A stretch of 64,000 nt of DNA from assembly GCA_043228905.1 (NCBI GenBank), contig JBHGNT010000015.1, positions 13,764,001-13,828,000 of the forward strand. Reading direction: 5' to 3'. A program made the translations under genes and the position numbers. The notes below the pieces were generated by a model. That model was not told where the DNA came from. It worked only from the letters and a program-made list of their open reading frames with translations, and did no database searches. Shown piece by piece: positions 37,095-50,869 of this stretch. How positions within the stretch are numbered: the stretch's first letter is position 1; every line of letters starts with the position of its first letter. Source of the stretch: Azolla caroliniana. Taxonomy: Eukaryota; Plantae; Polypodiophyta.

Positions 37095-38049
37095 TCGATG
37101 TCAAATCATGATATGTGTAAATCACGTTGGAATCTTGATGTACATACATACATATATGTATCCTGAGGTTTCAAAGGCCAAGAAACCGAACCGAACCTTT
37201 GTCAAAAAATAAAACCAAACATTCAGTACCCGTTTTAGCTAGTAATGCCTAATATAGACTGTTCTTTTTATCTTTTCTAGGAAAGACCTATCCTGCCTTG
37301 CCTTGCCCCTGCCCTGTCGATCCATTTCGCCTTCGTTTTTCCCTGTCTGACGATCGCGGCGAGAGCTTCTGCTCAGGTAAACGCCTGAACAGTCTTTTCC
37401 CTTTCTTTCACAGATAGGAGCAGAAATCTCCATTCTCCTTCTGCTGTCCTGCAAATATTCATCAAGAGCTGCCTGTGTGTGTGTGTGTGAATAACAGTAA
37501 CCCCTTGATTAATTAATATATCCTTGACCTGTTTCAGCAACGGAATGCATGAACTTATCCACCATTAGTTACTGTGGATTTAGATTGATTTGGATTTGTT
37601 AGTATGGAAGTTTGAAGAGACTCTCAAGTTTGTGTGTTCTTCTTTTTCTGCATCCAGATGTTACAAAGATTTCATTGCCAAAGAGTGCTAGACCATATCG
37701 ACCTATAATCGCCAAAGAGTGCGTTTTTATCCGCCTCCTTTTTCTTTGCAGGTAAGTTCTGTATCCTTATTACTTCTCTTCTATGTGTAATTTGAGCAAC
37801 GTGATTTTCTACTAATTCGAGATCACGGTTATGTGCGCTTCCACGTAATTTTACAATCATATGCATTCTCAGAGTCAAGGAGAAGAATGACAACATTCTT
37901 CAATTGAACCTTATCAAAGCCTTAGATTCTGAATCTGACGGGTCTTGGATTCAAGTTGATTTTCCAAAGTCAAGTTAATTATCTAGCAGAAAATGCAAAG
38001 AATTCGGTTTGCCAAATCCTATGGATGGATGGATGGTTCAGATTTGTCC

Positions 38050-38760
38050 CTTTTATCATGTGAACATTTAGAATGGATACCCAAGTTGAGAGCAAGAATA
38101 TGAGAATGATCTTTACAGATGGATGGCTCATAAAGCCCAAAAACAAGAAACATGTATACCTTACAGATCACCTCAATGAAGCTTAGACAATTTCCAGTAA
38201 AGCCAACTACCTAAAATCCTTGTTTCCATCAAGATTGCAGGTTGAGACATGCCATAAAATAGCATAGCTGATCATGATTAATTTACCAAAATACTGAATC
38301 TTCCATGACGCTTTCGAGATCCACCTTTGTGTTTATTCTTTTGAGGCAACCGATGGGAAGAACGAGCATAAAATATATATCTTGGATAATTCAGGCCATG
38401 TTCAAGCAATAATATAAAACATCTGTGTTGTGATAAGAGGCTCACATTGCAATCAAGAGGTACATGATTTTTTGGTGCTCTCTAGGTGGGACATGGGGAT
38501 TTGTTTTTCTAGTCCCATCTTGTGCAATCAAGAGGTATCTACCCAATCTTTAATTTGTGCATACCATACACACTAAGATTTCGTGAGAGTTTGCAAGTGG
38601 CGATTATGAATTTTCTTGATGCTGGGGCTCTCATTGGAAACTGTTGTGTAGAATGCAAGCAATTCCTCAAAATCCTTAGTGGTTTGGGAAGACAAATGAT
38701 GTTTGGTAGAAATGCCTAGATTTACAGAAAAGACTGTGAACCTGGAAAAGTTATGAATGC
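38050..38760 (-). mobile_element. Decayed LINE 3' fragment in a predicted PET100 5'-UTR intron
   Basis: Minus-strand remnants loosely resemble the RTE-X/L2 C-terminal region; many stops. Confidence 0.35.
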
Positions 38761-39472
38761 TAACTTTGAAAAGATAAAGTTGTTGCATGTGTGCAGTGTT
38801 ACTATATAGGGTGGACAATGGAATCTACTCGTCACGCACAGTTGCAGAAAAACATTTATTTTAAATTTCTGATTCTCTTTTGTCAAATTCATTTTTTGCG
38901 AGAAGGAAGTACGATTTTATTTATTGAGCACTCTTTGTTTTTATATGGTATATTTATGGAGCTGATCAATGTTTGAAACTTGTCTAGGTTTATTTCACAA
39001 ATCAATGTTCAAAATTAGTCTGTCTATTTTCAAGTCATATCTAGTTTCTATAGTAATTAGGACGTATCATAATCTTATAGGCCATTCTATGTGTGTGTGT
39101 GTGTGTTTTGGTGAACACACAATTATATTAATAAAAGTGTGTGAAAAACACTACTTACAATGGGTGTCACAATGGAGTATAGTCACCCACTAACTACACA
39201 GCATGGGTAGTGAAACATGCTGAATTGCCGATAGGTGAGACGAACTCTCCACTGAGGAAAGAATTTTCACTTGCTCCAATAAAGAAAATTGTCACATTAG
39301 TACTCCCTTCAACTGCAGATATGCTTTCACTCCATTCTCTCTCTCTCTCTCTCTCTCCAACTATCTTGTAAAACTGACTGTAAAAAGCTTAAAAAGGGAT
39401 CTCCTACATTAGAAATGATAGGTGTGAATCCATCTATTTTCAAATATAACTACTGTCTGAACAGAATTCAGC

Positions 39473-39845
39473 ATGTCTGCCACTGGAACAAAGAAGGGAA
39501 TCTTGGAGGTTTTCAAGTTTGCATGCTATGTTGGCATTCCAATTTCGATGATGTCAGTTTTCGCCAATAATCCTGATAATTTGGAGAAAGTTATCCGTAA
39601 TGTAAGTACTATGTTCATCTCTCTACATATAAAACATGTGGGAGAATATCATGTTTTTCTTTTCATGCCAATGATATCAATAGCCATGAAAGCATATCAG
39701 ACTTCTGAATTGTGTTTTTGTATTCATTTGTGAATTACAGCGTTCCTACGTAGTATATCCTCCTGAAGGACCTCCACTACCTCCTCCAGAGGAGATAAGG
39801 GAAATGATCCGAAAGAGTAGAGCTGCGTCAGAGTCTATGAAATAG
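39473..39845 (+). CDS. PET100: PET100-like mitochondrial cytochrome c oxidase assembly factor, 77 aa, two coding exons
   Basis: Exons 39473-39601 and 39741-39845 (GTAAGT...TACAG). Protein MSATGTKKGILEVFKFACYVGIPISMMSVFANNPDNLEKVIRNRSYVVYPPEGPPLPPPEEIREMIRKSRAASESMK has the LEVFKF.YV..P and YPPE hallmarks. Probable 5'-UTR exons end at 37376 and span 37658-37751. Confidence 0.85.
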
Positions 39846-40196
39846 GGAGTTCCATATATTTAAACTTTTGGATCAAAAGGATTCCTGATAGAAATGCAAT
39901 GCAATGATAGTCTTGTAGATACTGTTATATGCTAAATCATACATCCATGTATACTTTATGGAAGTCTTCCCTTTTCCTTGAGTCAATGGAAATTTAGCAG
40001 GTGGATTAGTTACTGCAAATGGATACTGAGCAGGTGGATTTAAGGAAGCCTTCTTTTTTCCTTGATTTAAGGGACACCGAGTGCATTAGTTACCACAAAT
40101 GTACCATTTAAGACAACTTTGGAAAGGTATATAATTCCTACCATATCATGCCATGCCATTGGCATTTGCATCTTCTATGTTTTCTCACCCTCGATA

Positions 40197-40953
40197 TGTC
40201 GTTCAACAAGTATGAATGAACTTTAACGAGATAATGTGTGGAATAGGTAAGAAACGATGCATTGATTGAAATGGAATGATTATTTATCTTGATTATGATC
40301 ACATATATCTATCGAGAAGTTCAATCATCACCAACCAACCCCTAGGGTATCTCCATCTTATGTACTTCTCACACTCAATCTTGAGTTTTCTTTCAATCTC
40401 TTCCTCCATTTGTTTTCTTCCTTTTTCACAGAGATTTGTTGGTGTTTTTCATGTTTTCTTTCTGCTGTTCTATTTCTTCCTTCTAGAGAGAAGTGCTCCT
40501 CATTTGGCATCTTTCTTTCTCTTCTGTTTTTTGCCCACCCTGGCATTCTTTTCTTCTAATTTTGGTTCATCCCTTTTGCAAAACCGCATGGCATATACAC
40601 TTGTCAAAGAGAAGCCCATTACAATTGAAAGAACTACTTTTTGTGAGAATGTAAGGAGCAAATGGTTTCCACGGCCTAATCCATATCTCCTAATGCATGC
40701 AAAGTACATTAGGGTTTATGTCATCAATAAGTGTAAAACCCACAACAAGCCCAACAACTTTCATGTATATTTCCCCAACTCCAAACCTTGATTCTAGAAC
40801 TTAACAATGTCCATGTGTATGGAGACAAAGCAAGTATAAAGGATGCATTTTTTGTTCTATTTACATAAGCCGTGACTTAAGAGGAACCAACACCATTTTT
40901 GTACATTGGAAATTCATGCATGTGTTAGACTCCTTATGCGTGTTACCACAACA
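40197..40953 (-). mobile_element. Probable decayed solo LTR
   Basis: Minus strand TGTTGTGG...ACGACA termini and composition like the U3 of 59717-61181. No clean TSD. Confidence 0.35.
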
Positions 40954-42619
40954 AGAGCATCGAGGACCCTCGCCATGAGGCACAATGTATTTGCCCCCAT
41001 AAAGTTACTAGCATTTTTTGGATATTTGTCTTGCTCTTACTCTCTTCGATCTCTTGATTTTTTAGATATTTTTTAATGTTGTGTTAATTAACATGTTTGT
41101 TTAATTGATAAGTCTCTAACTTTCTATCCTTTGTTGTGTTAATTAGCTTTTTCTTCATTCTCCTTCTCATTTGGTTATCTTTTTCAGTTCTTTTTACAAT
41201 CTAATGATTAGGGACTAATTTCCGACTATACTTACCCTTAAACCCTAAACCCGAACCCGAATCCTAAATCTTAATCCGAAATCTTCTCATTGTCCTCAAC
41301 CCTATAACTAATTACCCTTAAACCTTACAATGTTTCTCAATAATCTCCTTTTCCTCTCCACTTGCATTTAGTTTGGGCTCTTTGGAATTCTAAGTTTAAA
41401 ACATTCTCTCTTATCTATAAACTTTACTTAGGTAGCTTTGAACCCATTTCTTTCAATGGTATATTGCTCACATGTTCAAGATTAATATAGAGTGCATTTC
41501 ATTTTTGCCCTCCCAATTCTATAACAATAATTTCTTCTTGGGAGTTCAAACCATGTGTATACAACAGTAGCTTTTTAGCCACATGCCCAATCAAATGTTA
41601 CCAATTGCCCCTACAACAATTCCATACGACCAATTCACTTTGCATAGATTAATTGAAAGCAAAAACAGTATAATTGGTAAGTGATAGTGCTTTGCACATT
41701 ATATCTCATTATTCATGCCAACATCCTCACCTTTGGCACCTCTTGACATCCTTCATTCTTTTTGACATAACATTACCCTACAAATAGTTGAAACCTTCTT
41801 TGGAAGGACTCATCACTCGTAAGTGCATTGCCTATACATTTTCCTATAGGCCAAGCAAGTTAACTAAAAATCAGATCACATGAATAACATATTTGTGGAA
41901 CAAGCCTATTACTTAAATGCAAATGGAGACAAAGTAGTATTCAAACCCCAACTTAAAAGCTTACTCCTATCTTAATAACATGAGGATGCTAAAATTATTG
42001 AAGTATATGATTTGTTTTCGCAAAGAGACTAGTGTTTTAGCCTACTACAGCATCGACCCATATGTAAAAAAGTTTCCGATCAATTGATGTAAAGGACCAT
42101 ACCCTTCATTTTAGGGGGTGCAAAAACTAGCCTTTCTAAAGCCTATCATTATACTATGATGGTGTTTGTATTGATTACAAATGACAATTTCGAGGTCACC
42201 CTGTGCTAAACCCTATTTATTTTGCTTAGTTGTCAAGATTTTTATTCTCCATGTATAGAGCATGTCATTGAACACTATTGCATTTAGGTATATCTCTCAG
42301 CTAGTTCATCGCATAATTTTTCTTTATATTTCAATAGTATTGAGTTCTTACTACATAGATCTAATAAACATGTTGCGATAAGGATTTCTCACATTTAAAG
42401 TGTGCACATGTTTGTTTAATCTTAGTTCATGACACATGTAATGGTATGTCAAAAGATTATAGATTTCAGTAACACTTGGGAGGTTCAAATTAAGCATGAT
42501 TTGTTATTCTCTGGAGAGGGCCTCTCATTGAAAGGTAAATAAATTATCATGGCCACAGCTCAGGCACCTCTACATGGCTACTTTGTATTTCAATTAACAG
42601 TACAAACTTTCTGTATGTT

Positions 42620-43300
42620 TCACGCGGTTGGTAAGCTTCAGAGAATTTATATTTCTTCAAGACATCTGTATGGCTTCTCTTGCTGAGTGTTGGCTATATA
42701 CTTCACATAATACGAATAACACATCACTGTAGTTCTCTTCATTGATGATTTCTCTTACTCGTGTCGGATAATACTTCCTATAACAAAATTCTGAACATTA
42801 GAATGGTTTGAATAACTCAAAACCAAACTCGAAAAGCAACTCGTAGAATATCAAAGCTCTACGAACACAAAAGAGGTGAAAAGCAGAGATCTTATCTATT
42901 AAAGGAATAATGCAATGAGCATGGCATACACTGACAGATCAACCATCCCTAACAGCTTAACAGATTGACTACGAAAAATAACCATACATAATACGGATTG
43001 TGCTAGGGGGAGCATATAAAGGTTAGCAAACTGAAGAGGCACTTTGGGCAGAAGCTGTACAGACATAACATACCTACAAAACAGACATGCATATTAGAGC
43101 CAAAAGCATTGGACAGATTAATACCTCAAAAAAGCACATAAAAGGGCTATATTTTCTCATCTTTGCTTTTAGTTGTACTAATTTTGTACATGTCCAAAAA
43201 CAATCAGGAAGCTAACCAAGTTCCCAAGTTCAAGATGGGCATATTTGTTGATTATGCACACAGAACGAAATACACTTTATATTATCTCATCACAATCATT
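42620..43300 (+). mobile_element. Decayed Copia integrase remnant
   Basis: Remnants VLFIDDFSY (about 42731), LWAEAVQT (about 43044) and GIFVDY (about 43240). Confidence 0.6.
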
Positions 43301-44521
43301 AGTGATTCTATTACATTGAGGAATAATAATTTAATCATACAGCTTTACATTCGTCTGGAGAACAATGTATCATCCATGCCAGCAGAAGAAAATGATGATG
43401 AAACTCAGGATTTCCTTAAAGGAATATAAGAATTGAAACTGGTTCTCCCATTGCAGCAACAGAATAGCCATAGATGCAAATCAAAATGCAACATGCTCGA
43501 TAAAAGAAGCTCTGTCAATGGTCCATTGCAAATATATCCAGCTCATTGATCAGCCAGAAAGTAGCAACAACGAACTCTAACAAAAAGGAAAGTGTCCTGT
43601 CTACTTTGCTTTTGATGGCAAGTGCCAAAAACATTTCTGATGCCTTTAGGGTGGACAGCGATAAACAAATACAGTACACAATAAAGAACAAAAACTGGGA
43701 GCTTGGGTGACTCGACGACGATAGTGAATAGTGGCAATAGAAGTTGAAGTATAACACTTATGGAACCCTTGACTGATACAACAGGTATCAAATCTCAAGG
43801 CAAATTTTGCTGAAATGAATCCTATGAGAACACCTTCGGCAGTAGCTAGTTACTTGATTGGGTGAGTGCTAAACGTTGGTGCCAACAGAGACCTCCAAAC
43901 AATAGGTATAAAATCTCAAGGTGATATTTGCTGAAATGAATCCTCTGAGGACACCTTATGCAGCAGCAGCAGCTAATTAGTATGCTTGGGAGATTGCTCA
44001 AAAGAGTGGATTACCTGGAAAACTATATTTATATAAAACTAAACGGATATGAATCATGAGTGGTGTGTAAGTTGGATGACACACATGCTCCAAGATTGAT
44101 GCATTTCTATATTTTATCAACGATTCATGTCAAGAAAGCGTGATGCAAAACCTCTACATTTTCCATGAAGGAGAATATATTTCACTGTTCTACATGGGCA
44201 GATACACCACAATAAAAGAAGTGAAAAATCTTTTTTTTAAAAAGAATTTTACATGAAGGATCTATGACAAGTCACTATTTCCTTGGAAAAAATATTTGGA
44301 TTAGCTTGTTTCTAACTCAATGCTTAATTTACTGTACAAATCTTGTCCATAGCCTGCCAGAGTGAACTGGGGAAAAACTTACACAACACATAATAAATAA
44401 AGGTTTGGAGAGGCTTGTTTCTAACTCAATCCTCAATATATGTAGGGTTATTTGAGAAAACTTGACCATAACTCAACAAAGACACCCATACAAAAACTTA
44501 GCGAGCACATAAATAGTCAAT

Positions 44522-44842
44522 ATGGGAAAGGCTAGAACTCTACACAAACAAATTATCATAATAAATCAATTTCTAGAATTTCTTAGACATCTTTACCACA
44601 GGTTATTCAGGGACATTCTTATCTATTCAAAGACCCAGGGAGAGCCATGGTTGCATGAATTTGGCCCCTATGACAAATTCGCGAAGTGCAATTTTGGCAA
44701 CAATCAAGTAGACTTTTTAGGCTATATGGTTCCCTTAGAAGATATCTCTATGGATACAGCCAAACAGTTCTTGAGTGGCAGACACAACGTTCTTTTGCAT
44801 GATGTAAAATGTTTCTTGGAGTTCTCCAATTTCTATCACTAG
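44522..44842 (+). pseudogene. Gypsy RT fragment
   Basis: RDILIYSK...KCNFGNNQVDFLGYMV...DVKCFLEFSNFY resembles the RT palm/thumb with a decayed YxDD. Confidence 0.7.
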
Positions 44843-45159
44843 TCATCAAGCATTATTCAACATCCCTTCTTGACTTGGACAGGCGCATCAACAAATTTTT
44901 CATTATAATGCTCATCTAAATTATGAGAGACAGGCAGAGAAGCAAACAAGGGTGCAAAGAAGACAAGAGAAGAAAAATTACACACAATGCAATGCTGATT
45001 CTTACAGCTTAAGCTACAATGGCAAATCCATAGCACAATGACGCAATAAAAGAATTCTGAAATCTGGGTTATGATTTTTATTTCATAAACTATCAATATA
45101 AATTGCTTATTTGCATTAAGAAGGTATATTTTCAAGTCTACCTTGTAAAGCATGTTACC

Positions 45160-47316
45160 TTAACAGGAATGTTTTTTCAGCTCTAGGAAAAGCGTAAAAG
45201 CACAATGTAAAGACTCCACTTGACTTTTGTACCTGTACACATGCATTGACGGCTTAATTCTACTGGTTAACACCGTTTTCTGTTCACCAGTATGCACAAA
45301 AAGGTTTTGTTTCACTCACACAGGGATACCAAGAACAGAGCACGAGAAATCTACAAAAGTTGACAGACTCTCTTTATCTTCATGCATACTTCGAAACTGC
45401 ATTTCCGCAAGAGCTGTTTCTATATCTTTTGGCTGGCCCTAAACCCAGAAATAATAACAGATAATGATCAGCCAGTCTATTTCCGCACTATCCATTCAGG
45501 ATGGAAGGGCATTTTAAAATAATTTAATTGTACGTATACACCGCCCATTATATTCAAAACAGATTTTATTTTGATTTGCCTCAGAGAATTTGATTGAGAA
45601 TCTTCATGATATTGGTTAACTAGATTTCTCTTCTACCTCCATGAGTTGTTCAATATCAGGCATTGGCTTCGAATAAGTGACAGATGAAAGAGGCTTTGAG
45701 CGATGGAGATCCCTCATGCTTTCAATCCATGCATCAACTTTTTGAGGATTTCTCTCTGGACCTTCTATGCTAGCAACCTTGAGATCGAATCAGAATTAAG
45801 CTTTCCATCATAATCAACTAAAATATCAATAAAAACCTTGCAATAAACCACAGTAAGTTTTGGTTCCTTATGAATCCACATTAAAAGAAAATACTTCAGT
45901 CTTGTAGCCATCCCAGCATTTCCATTACAGAATATTTTCTTCATGGCATTCATCATTTGCAGAACATTGACTACTGAGTTCCACAGCAAAAATTAGTAAA
46001 TTCTAAATAAATATTGTCATGCTAGATAGACACCATCCAACTAATAGACGTTTTATCTGAAATGCAATATTTATGTCAGGAACAAAACTTCAAGAGCCAG
46101 CCAAATGGGTACGTATAGATATGGTCATCATAATATAAAATTAACTGTGTTTCTCTGAAAATCAAACTCGCATTAAACTAACCATCATCATGCATTACAT
46201 GACTACGCATTGTATTACCAATGGTCCAAATCCTCTCTGAAGTTCCAATCTAAGAATGCACCATCTTGCAGTGAAACATTCATTGTAGCATTAAACTAGC
46301 CATGACTATGCATTGTATTACCAATGGTCCAAATCCTCTCTGAAGTTCCAATCTAAGAATGCACCATCATCTTGCAGTGAAACATTCATTGTAGCATTAA
46401 ACTAGCCATCATCATGCATTACATGACTACGCATTGCATTACCAATGGTCCAAATCCTCTCTGAAGTTCCAATCTAAGAATGCACCATCATCTTGCAGTG
46501 AAACATTCATTGTAGCATTAAACTAACCATCATCATGCATTACATGACTATGCATTGCATTACCAATGGCCCAAATCCTCTCTGAAGTTCCAATCTAAGA
46601 ATGCACCATCATCTTGCAGTGAAACATTCATTGTAGCATTACACTAATCATCTTGCATTACATAACTACCACTTGCATAATCATTAGTTCCGGTACTATT
46701 TGGAGTTTTATCCTACATATGCATCCTCATCTTAAACCATTATTAAATTAAACTAATCATCTTGCATCACATAACTACATCTTGTGTAACCATCAGTCCT
46801 GACTTTTAATCCTGTTCCATCACATTCTCATCCTTTCTTAATCTGACTAATCCTTCCAAATGTCATTTTCCATACCACTTGTTTAAGGATCCAGCTTTAC
46901 TGTACATTTCTCTATTGCATTACTATTTCAACATGTATATTCTCTCTCTCTCTCAATACCCTTGTCATCGACAGATAAAAGCCATTATCTCCCGCCATCA
47001 CAGGTGCTTCCCTTGCTTCGGAGACATTTCCATTCTGGATCAACCTATGCTAGAGATCTTTCAAAGACAAAATCTACAATATATCTAACTTGAGAATCTC
47101 ACATGTGCCGAAAAACAGATTCCCTCGTCTCTTTTTATTTTATATAGTTTTATATTTACGGAGTATTATTTACTTCCTTTTTCTTTATTTGTTGTTCTCA
47201 AAGACGATACAATACTTAAGATGTAATCTCTTGTTTGGTCTTATAGGCCATTTTGGCCTCTTAAAAGACGTTAATACATCTTTCTTTCTTTCTTTCTTTC
47301 TCTCTCTCTCTCTCAA

Positions 47317-47352
<36 letters not shown>

Positions 47353-48406
47353 CTAGGTATTCAAACATTCCCTTTCCAGAGATGCTTACATCAATAGGAT
47401 GATGGCTAGACTGCATTGTTGCAGCTCTTATCTTTAGTGCCACTACAGCTGGATCACTCTGGATAGGTCCACTCTCATCCAAAACCTAAACAAAACATAG
47501 AGAACAAAAGACCACGTGGTTAAAAGACCAGCCATAAAGAGATTCAATGTATGATCAAGCCTGATTTCTCATTGCAGCAAGATTATAGAATCAAGAAAGG
47601 AAAATTATATGATTTATTCTATATTCCAAACTGTTAATTTACCTTCAGACCCAGGAAGTCAGGTACACCATCTGGACGGGGCACTTTGATGAACTCATCC
47701 ACGGAACCCACAGCAGGGATGTAATCTGGAATGAAGGGGCGCAGGAATGTTCTAATTACCACTTCTCGAGGTGTATAGCACTCTATGTACTGAAATAAGC
47801 TCTTGATCTTTTCATTTTCTGCTCTCTGAAAATGCAGTCGAATACAGAAGGAAATTTCAAACAAATGAGTATCCCCAGCCATATATGATGGGGTCTAGAG
47901 AATCGGGAACAATCAGGAATAAAATTCGTTTGATGGATTATTAAGGATGAAAGCGTTTACGATCATCTTTTAAGACTATAAATTTCTTTCAATGCCAGCT
48001 GTAGAGCATAGCATGAAAACATTCTATTGCATCTAAAGAAACCTGCATGTAGGGAAATCCGACATTTCTATGTCCAGACACCACCTGCATCAAAGATGGA
48101 AAAGATTTTGGGCATAAGAAGAACAAAGAATGCCACATCTTGGTGACAGAAATATATAGCAAGGAGATCTATGATCAGCTTAAACATCATTGGTATGAGA
48201 GAGACGCACATCAGTATACACAGAGAGAGAGAGAGAGAGAGCAGATATCTTACATCAGAATCTCGCTCCCGATCATGAAAATCTAGTGGCAGATTCCGTG
48301 ATTCGAACGTTGAGATTGATTTCAGAGCTTGTGGCACATCCTCATCATCATCTGAGGATTGAAAAGAGCCTCTGTGGCCAAACCCTAAACCCTCATAGGG
48401 ATTCAT
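45160..48406 (-). CDS. IFT46: Intraflagellar transport protein 46 homolog, 7 coding exons, about 291 aa
   Basis: Exons 48406-48254, 48084-48043 (least certain), 47894-47643, 47485-47390, 45777-45637, 45438-45320, 45232-45160, all GT-AG and in frame. Hallmarks LFQYIECYTPRE...LRPFIPDYIPAVGSVDEFIKVPRPDG...LGLKVLDE...QSDP, NPQKVDAWIESMRDLHRSKP..V.YSKPMPDIEQLME, LGIPVYKSQVESLH. Confidence 0.92.
46171..46650. repeat. About 105-120-bp tandem repeat, 4 copies, in an IFT46 intron
   Basis: Unit CATTAAACTAACCATCATCATGCATTACATGACTACGCATTG...CCAATGGTCCAAATCCTCTCTGAAGTTCCAATCTAAGAATGCACCATC...TTGCAGTGAAACATTCATTGTAG, repeated with small indels. Confidence 0.9.
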
Positions 48407-48716
48407 TCCTTCCGATTCTACAAAATGGTATCTTTCCTGATATGTTCACACACAACACAGGGTACCCAATCTCATCCTCCTCTTCTGCTTCTGCTTCTGC
48501 TTCACAAGATTAAATGTCTGTCTTTCTGCTGCTTCTGCTTCACGAGATTAAATGTCTGTGTGTGTGTGCGTGCGTATCTCCTTCCTCCTACTGACAGCCT
48601 TCTTTCCAAGATAGAATACATCAAGAAGTGCAAAACATTTGCCATCGCCATAGCCAGAGCCAGAGCCCAGAGCCCTGTTGATGATAAGCGCTTTCAAACC
48701 CTTATTACCAACGTTA

Positions 48717-49270
48717 TATCGATTTGAAAACGATTTAAGGCTTAATCGGCTTGGCTAAACCACTTCCTAAACCGGTTTATGGACTGAACCGGTTAAGCCT
48801 TAACCAACCGGTTCGGTTCACGTTTTAAAAACTCCCAAACCTGTTAATGCTTAACCGGTTTGGTTTGGAGAGATGGCCAAACGGGTTAAGCTACAACCGA
48901 ACCGTCATTGATTCCCTACGTACGAGAGTATATGAAGGCTCAACAGTCAACTTGTAGCTCCAATGTGTGAAGCAAGTTTGAAAACTACCAAACCACTTAA
49001 GGCTTAATCGGTTTGGTTTGGACAAGGCCAAACGAGATAAGTTGGAACCAAACCGTTGTCGATCCCCTATGTATGAGTATATGATGGCTAAATAGTCAAC
49101 GTGCAGCTCCTATGTGTGAAGTCAAGTTTGAAAACTCCCAAACCAGTTAAGGCTTAATCAATTTGGTTTGGACAAGGCCAAACGGGTGAAGTTAGAACCG
49201 AACCATTGTTGATTCCTTACGTACAAGTATATGAAGGCTAAACAATCAACTTGTAGCTCCTATGTGTGAG
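48717..49270. repeat. AACCG-rich MITE end plus flank, amplified as an approx. 150-bp unit x3 upstream of IFT46
   Basis: Three copies of AAAACTCCCAAACC...GGTTTGGTTTGG...GGCCAAACG...GAACCGAACCGT...AGTCAACTTGTAGCTCC(A/T)ATGTGTGA at about 48825, 48977 and 49127. Confidence 0.75.
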
Positions 49271-50869
49271 GGCTTAGAATAAAGCTAGGGCATGGGGAGG
49301 ACGACTACACACTAGATGGTTGAGATGAGTCGAGAGTCACTTGTCATATTGTTGTGGTCTAGGTTACAAATTCATCATGGGTGTAGTAGAGCTATATTTG
49401 CCTTTTTAGATAACTCTTTTTAACCTAAAGAATGGTTTTTGTTTTTCATTTTTTCTCGTCCCTTGCTATGTGTAGCACCTTGAAAAGCCTTCAATGGCCC
49501 TAACAATTGTTACTATTCAATTTAGTTGTCTCTAAGCCATTTGTTGTCAATGCCATTGTCTGCCATTGTCATTGATGTCCATTTTTGCTTGTTAATAATA
49601 CAAGATTCTCATCATTTTCTATTGCCCCTTTGTTTCTATCAATCTGATGTGTATTAAGATTATGTCTTATTCCAAATTATGTGTATTTGTGGAGTGTGTT
49701 GTTGTCATCATGTTACGCCTTTTTTACAACAATGAATTCTTCATTTCCTTCATTTACCCATGATTGGATCATTGTCAATCATTTATTACATTATCTCTTA
49801 GATATTCTACTTCAATAATTGGAGGCTATCAATTGTAATCACATATTTAATTACATGATTTTGTGTTAATGTCCTTACAATAATGGAATGAATATTGTGG
49901 ACATATATAACGTTATTTTGGATATTGAACACCCCAAGACCATTATGAAGAAGTTATGCTTCAATTGTATGGGCTCATAACCATGGAAGGATTGTGCCAA
50001 ACCTTTTGCCTTAGTTTATGTATAAGCCCAAGGATTATGCAAACAAGAGGAAGTTGATGATGCATATGGTTAAACTTTGCTAGAGACTTTAAAGTTCTCT
50101 TGATTTGTAGTCATAATTGCCAAAGAAGTCCATATTTGTCAAATTACAATCTATGTGTGAAAGTCGTCTTCAAAACCAAATGAGTCATTTCATAGTCTAC
50201 GTATTTTGACAAATGATGGGTGATTGATGCAAAAGTGGTGTTTAGAATATTTCTAGAATATACTCATACACATGTAGTCTCCATGGTGTAAGATGGTAGC
50301 AAGGATGCATGCGAAACACAATATGAGAATTCATGTGACGGTTCAAGAATATCACCAAGTGTATCGATTCTGATGTCAAGCATATGCATCTCTTGGTGAT
50401 TTATTGTTAGAGTTATGTTCTAATGTAAGCATATGATAAGAATATAATAGATAATTAGATAAGAAAGGAAAGAGAGAAAGAAGGGTGCCGATCCACCCAA
50501 CCACCCTCGAGCGAAGGGATCAACGTCCCATACCACCGCTGTGGTGTTGAGTCATACCTGGTGCTGGCACGCTCGCTACAAAAGTTGACCCACCACAAGA
50601 ATGGAGTCTCGACGTAAGCAAGAGATGATCAAATGAGGGTAGCTAGGCCTCATATTTATAGCCAAACCCCAGGCTCCCAAGCAAGTTCACACTTGGCCTA
50701 ATGGGTTGTCTCAATCCCGAGTATTAAAAGTAATCCTCCCCTTCTTTACACTCTCGTTTAACCCTCACACTTTATCCACGTGTATAGAATACTACGGTAC
50801 ATTCTCACCACGGGATATTATATGGTCATGCTTGTAATATACTCCCCCTCTTTAAAACATTGCACTATT

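Noticed and set aside
41237-41330. Interstitial telomere repeat
   Set aside because: Only two or three degenerate CCCTAAA-like units, common inside plant TEs.
49300-50400. Possible Copia RT remnant
   Set aside because: Too decayed; only faint motif traces, so boundaries and identity cannot be supported.
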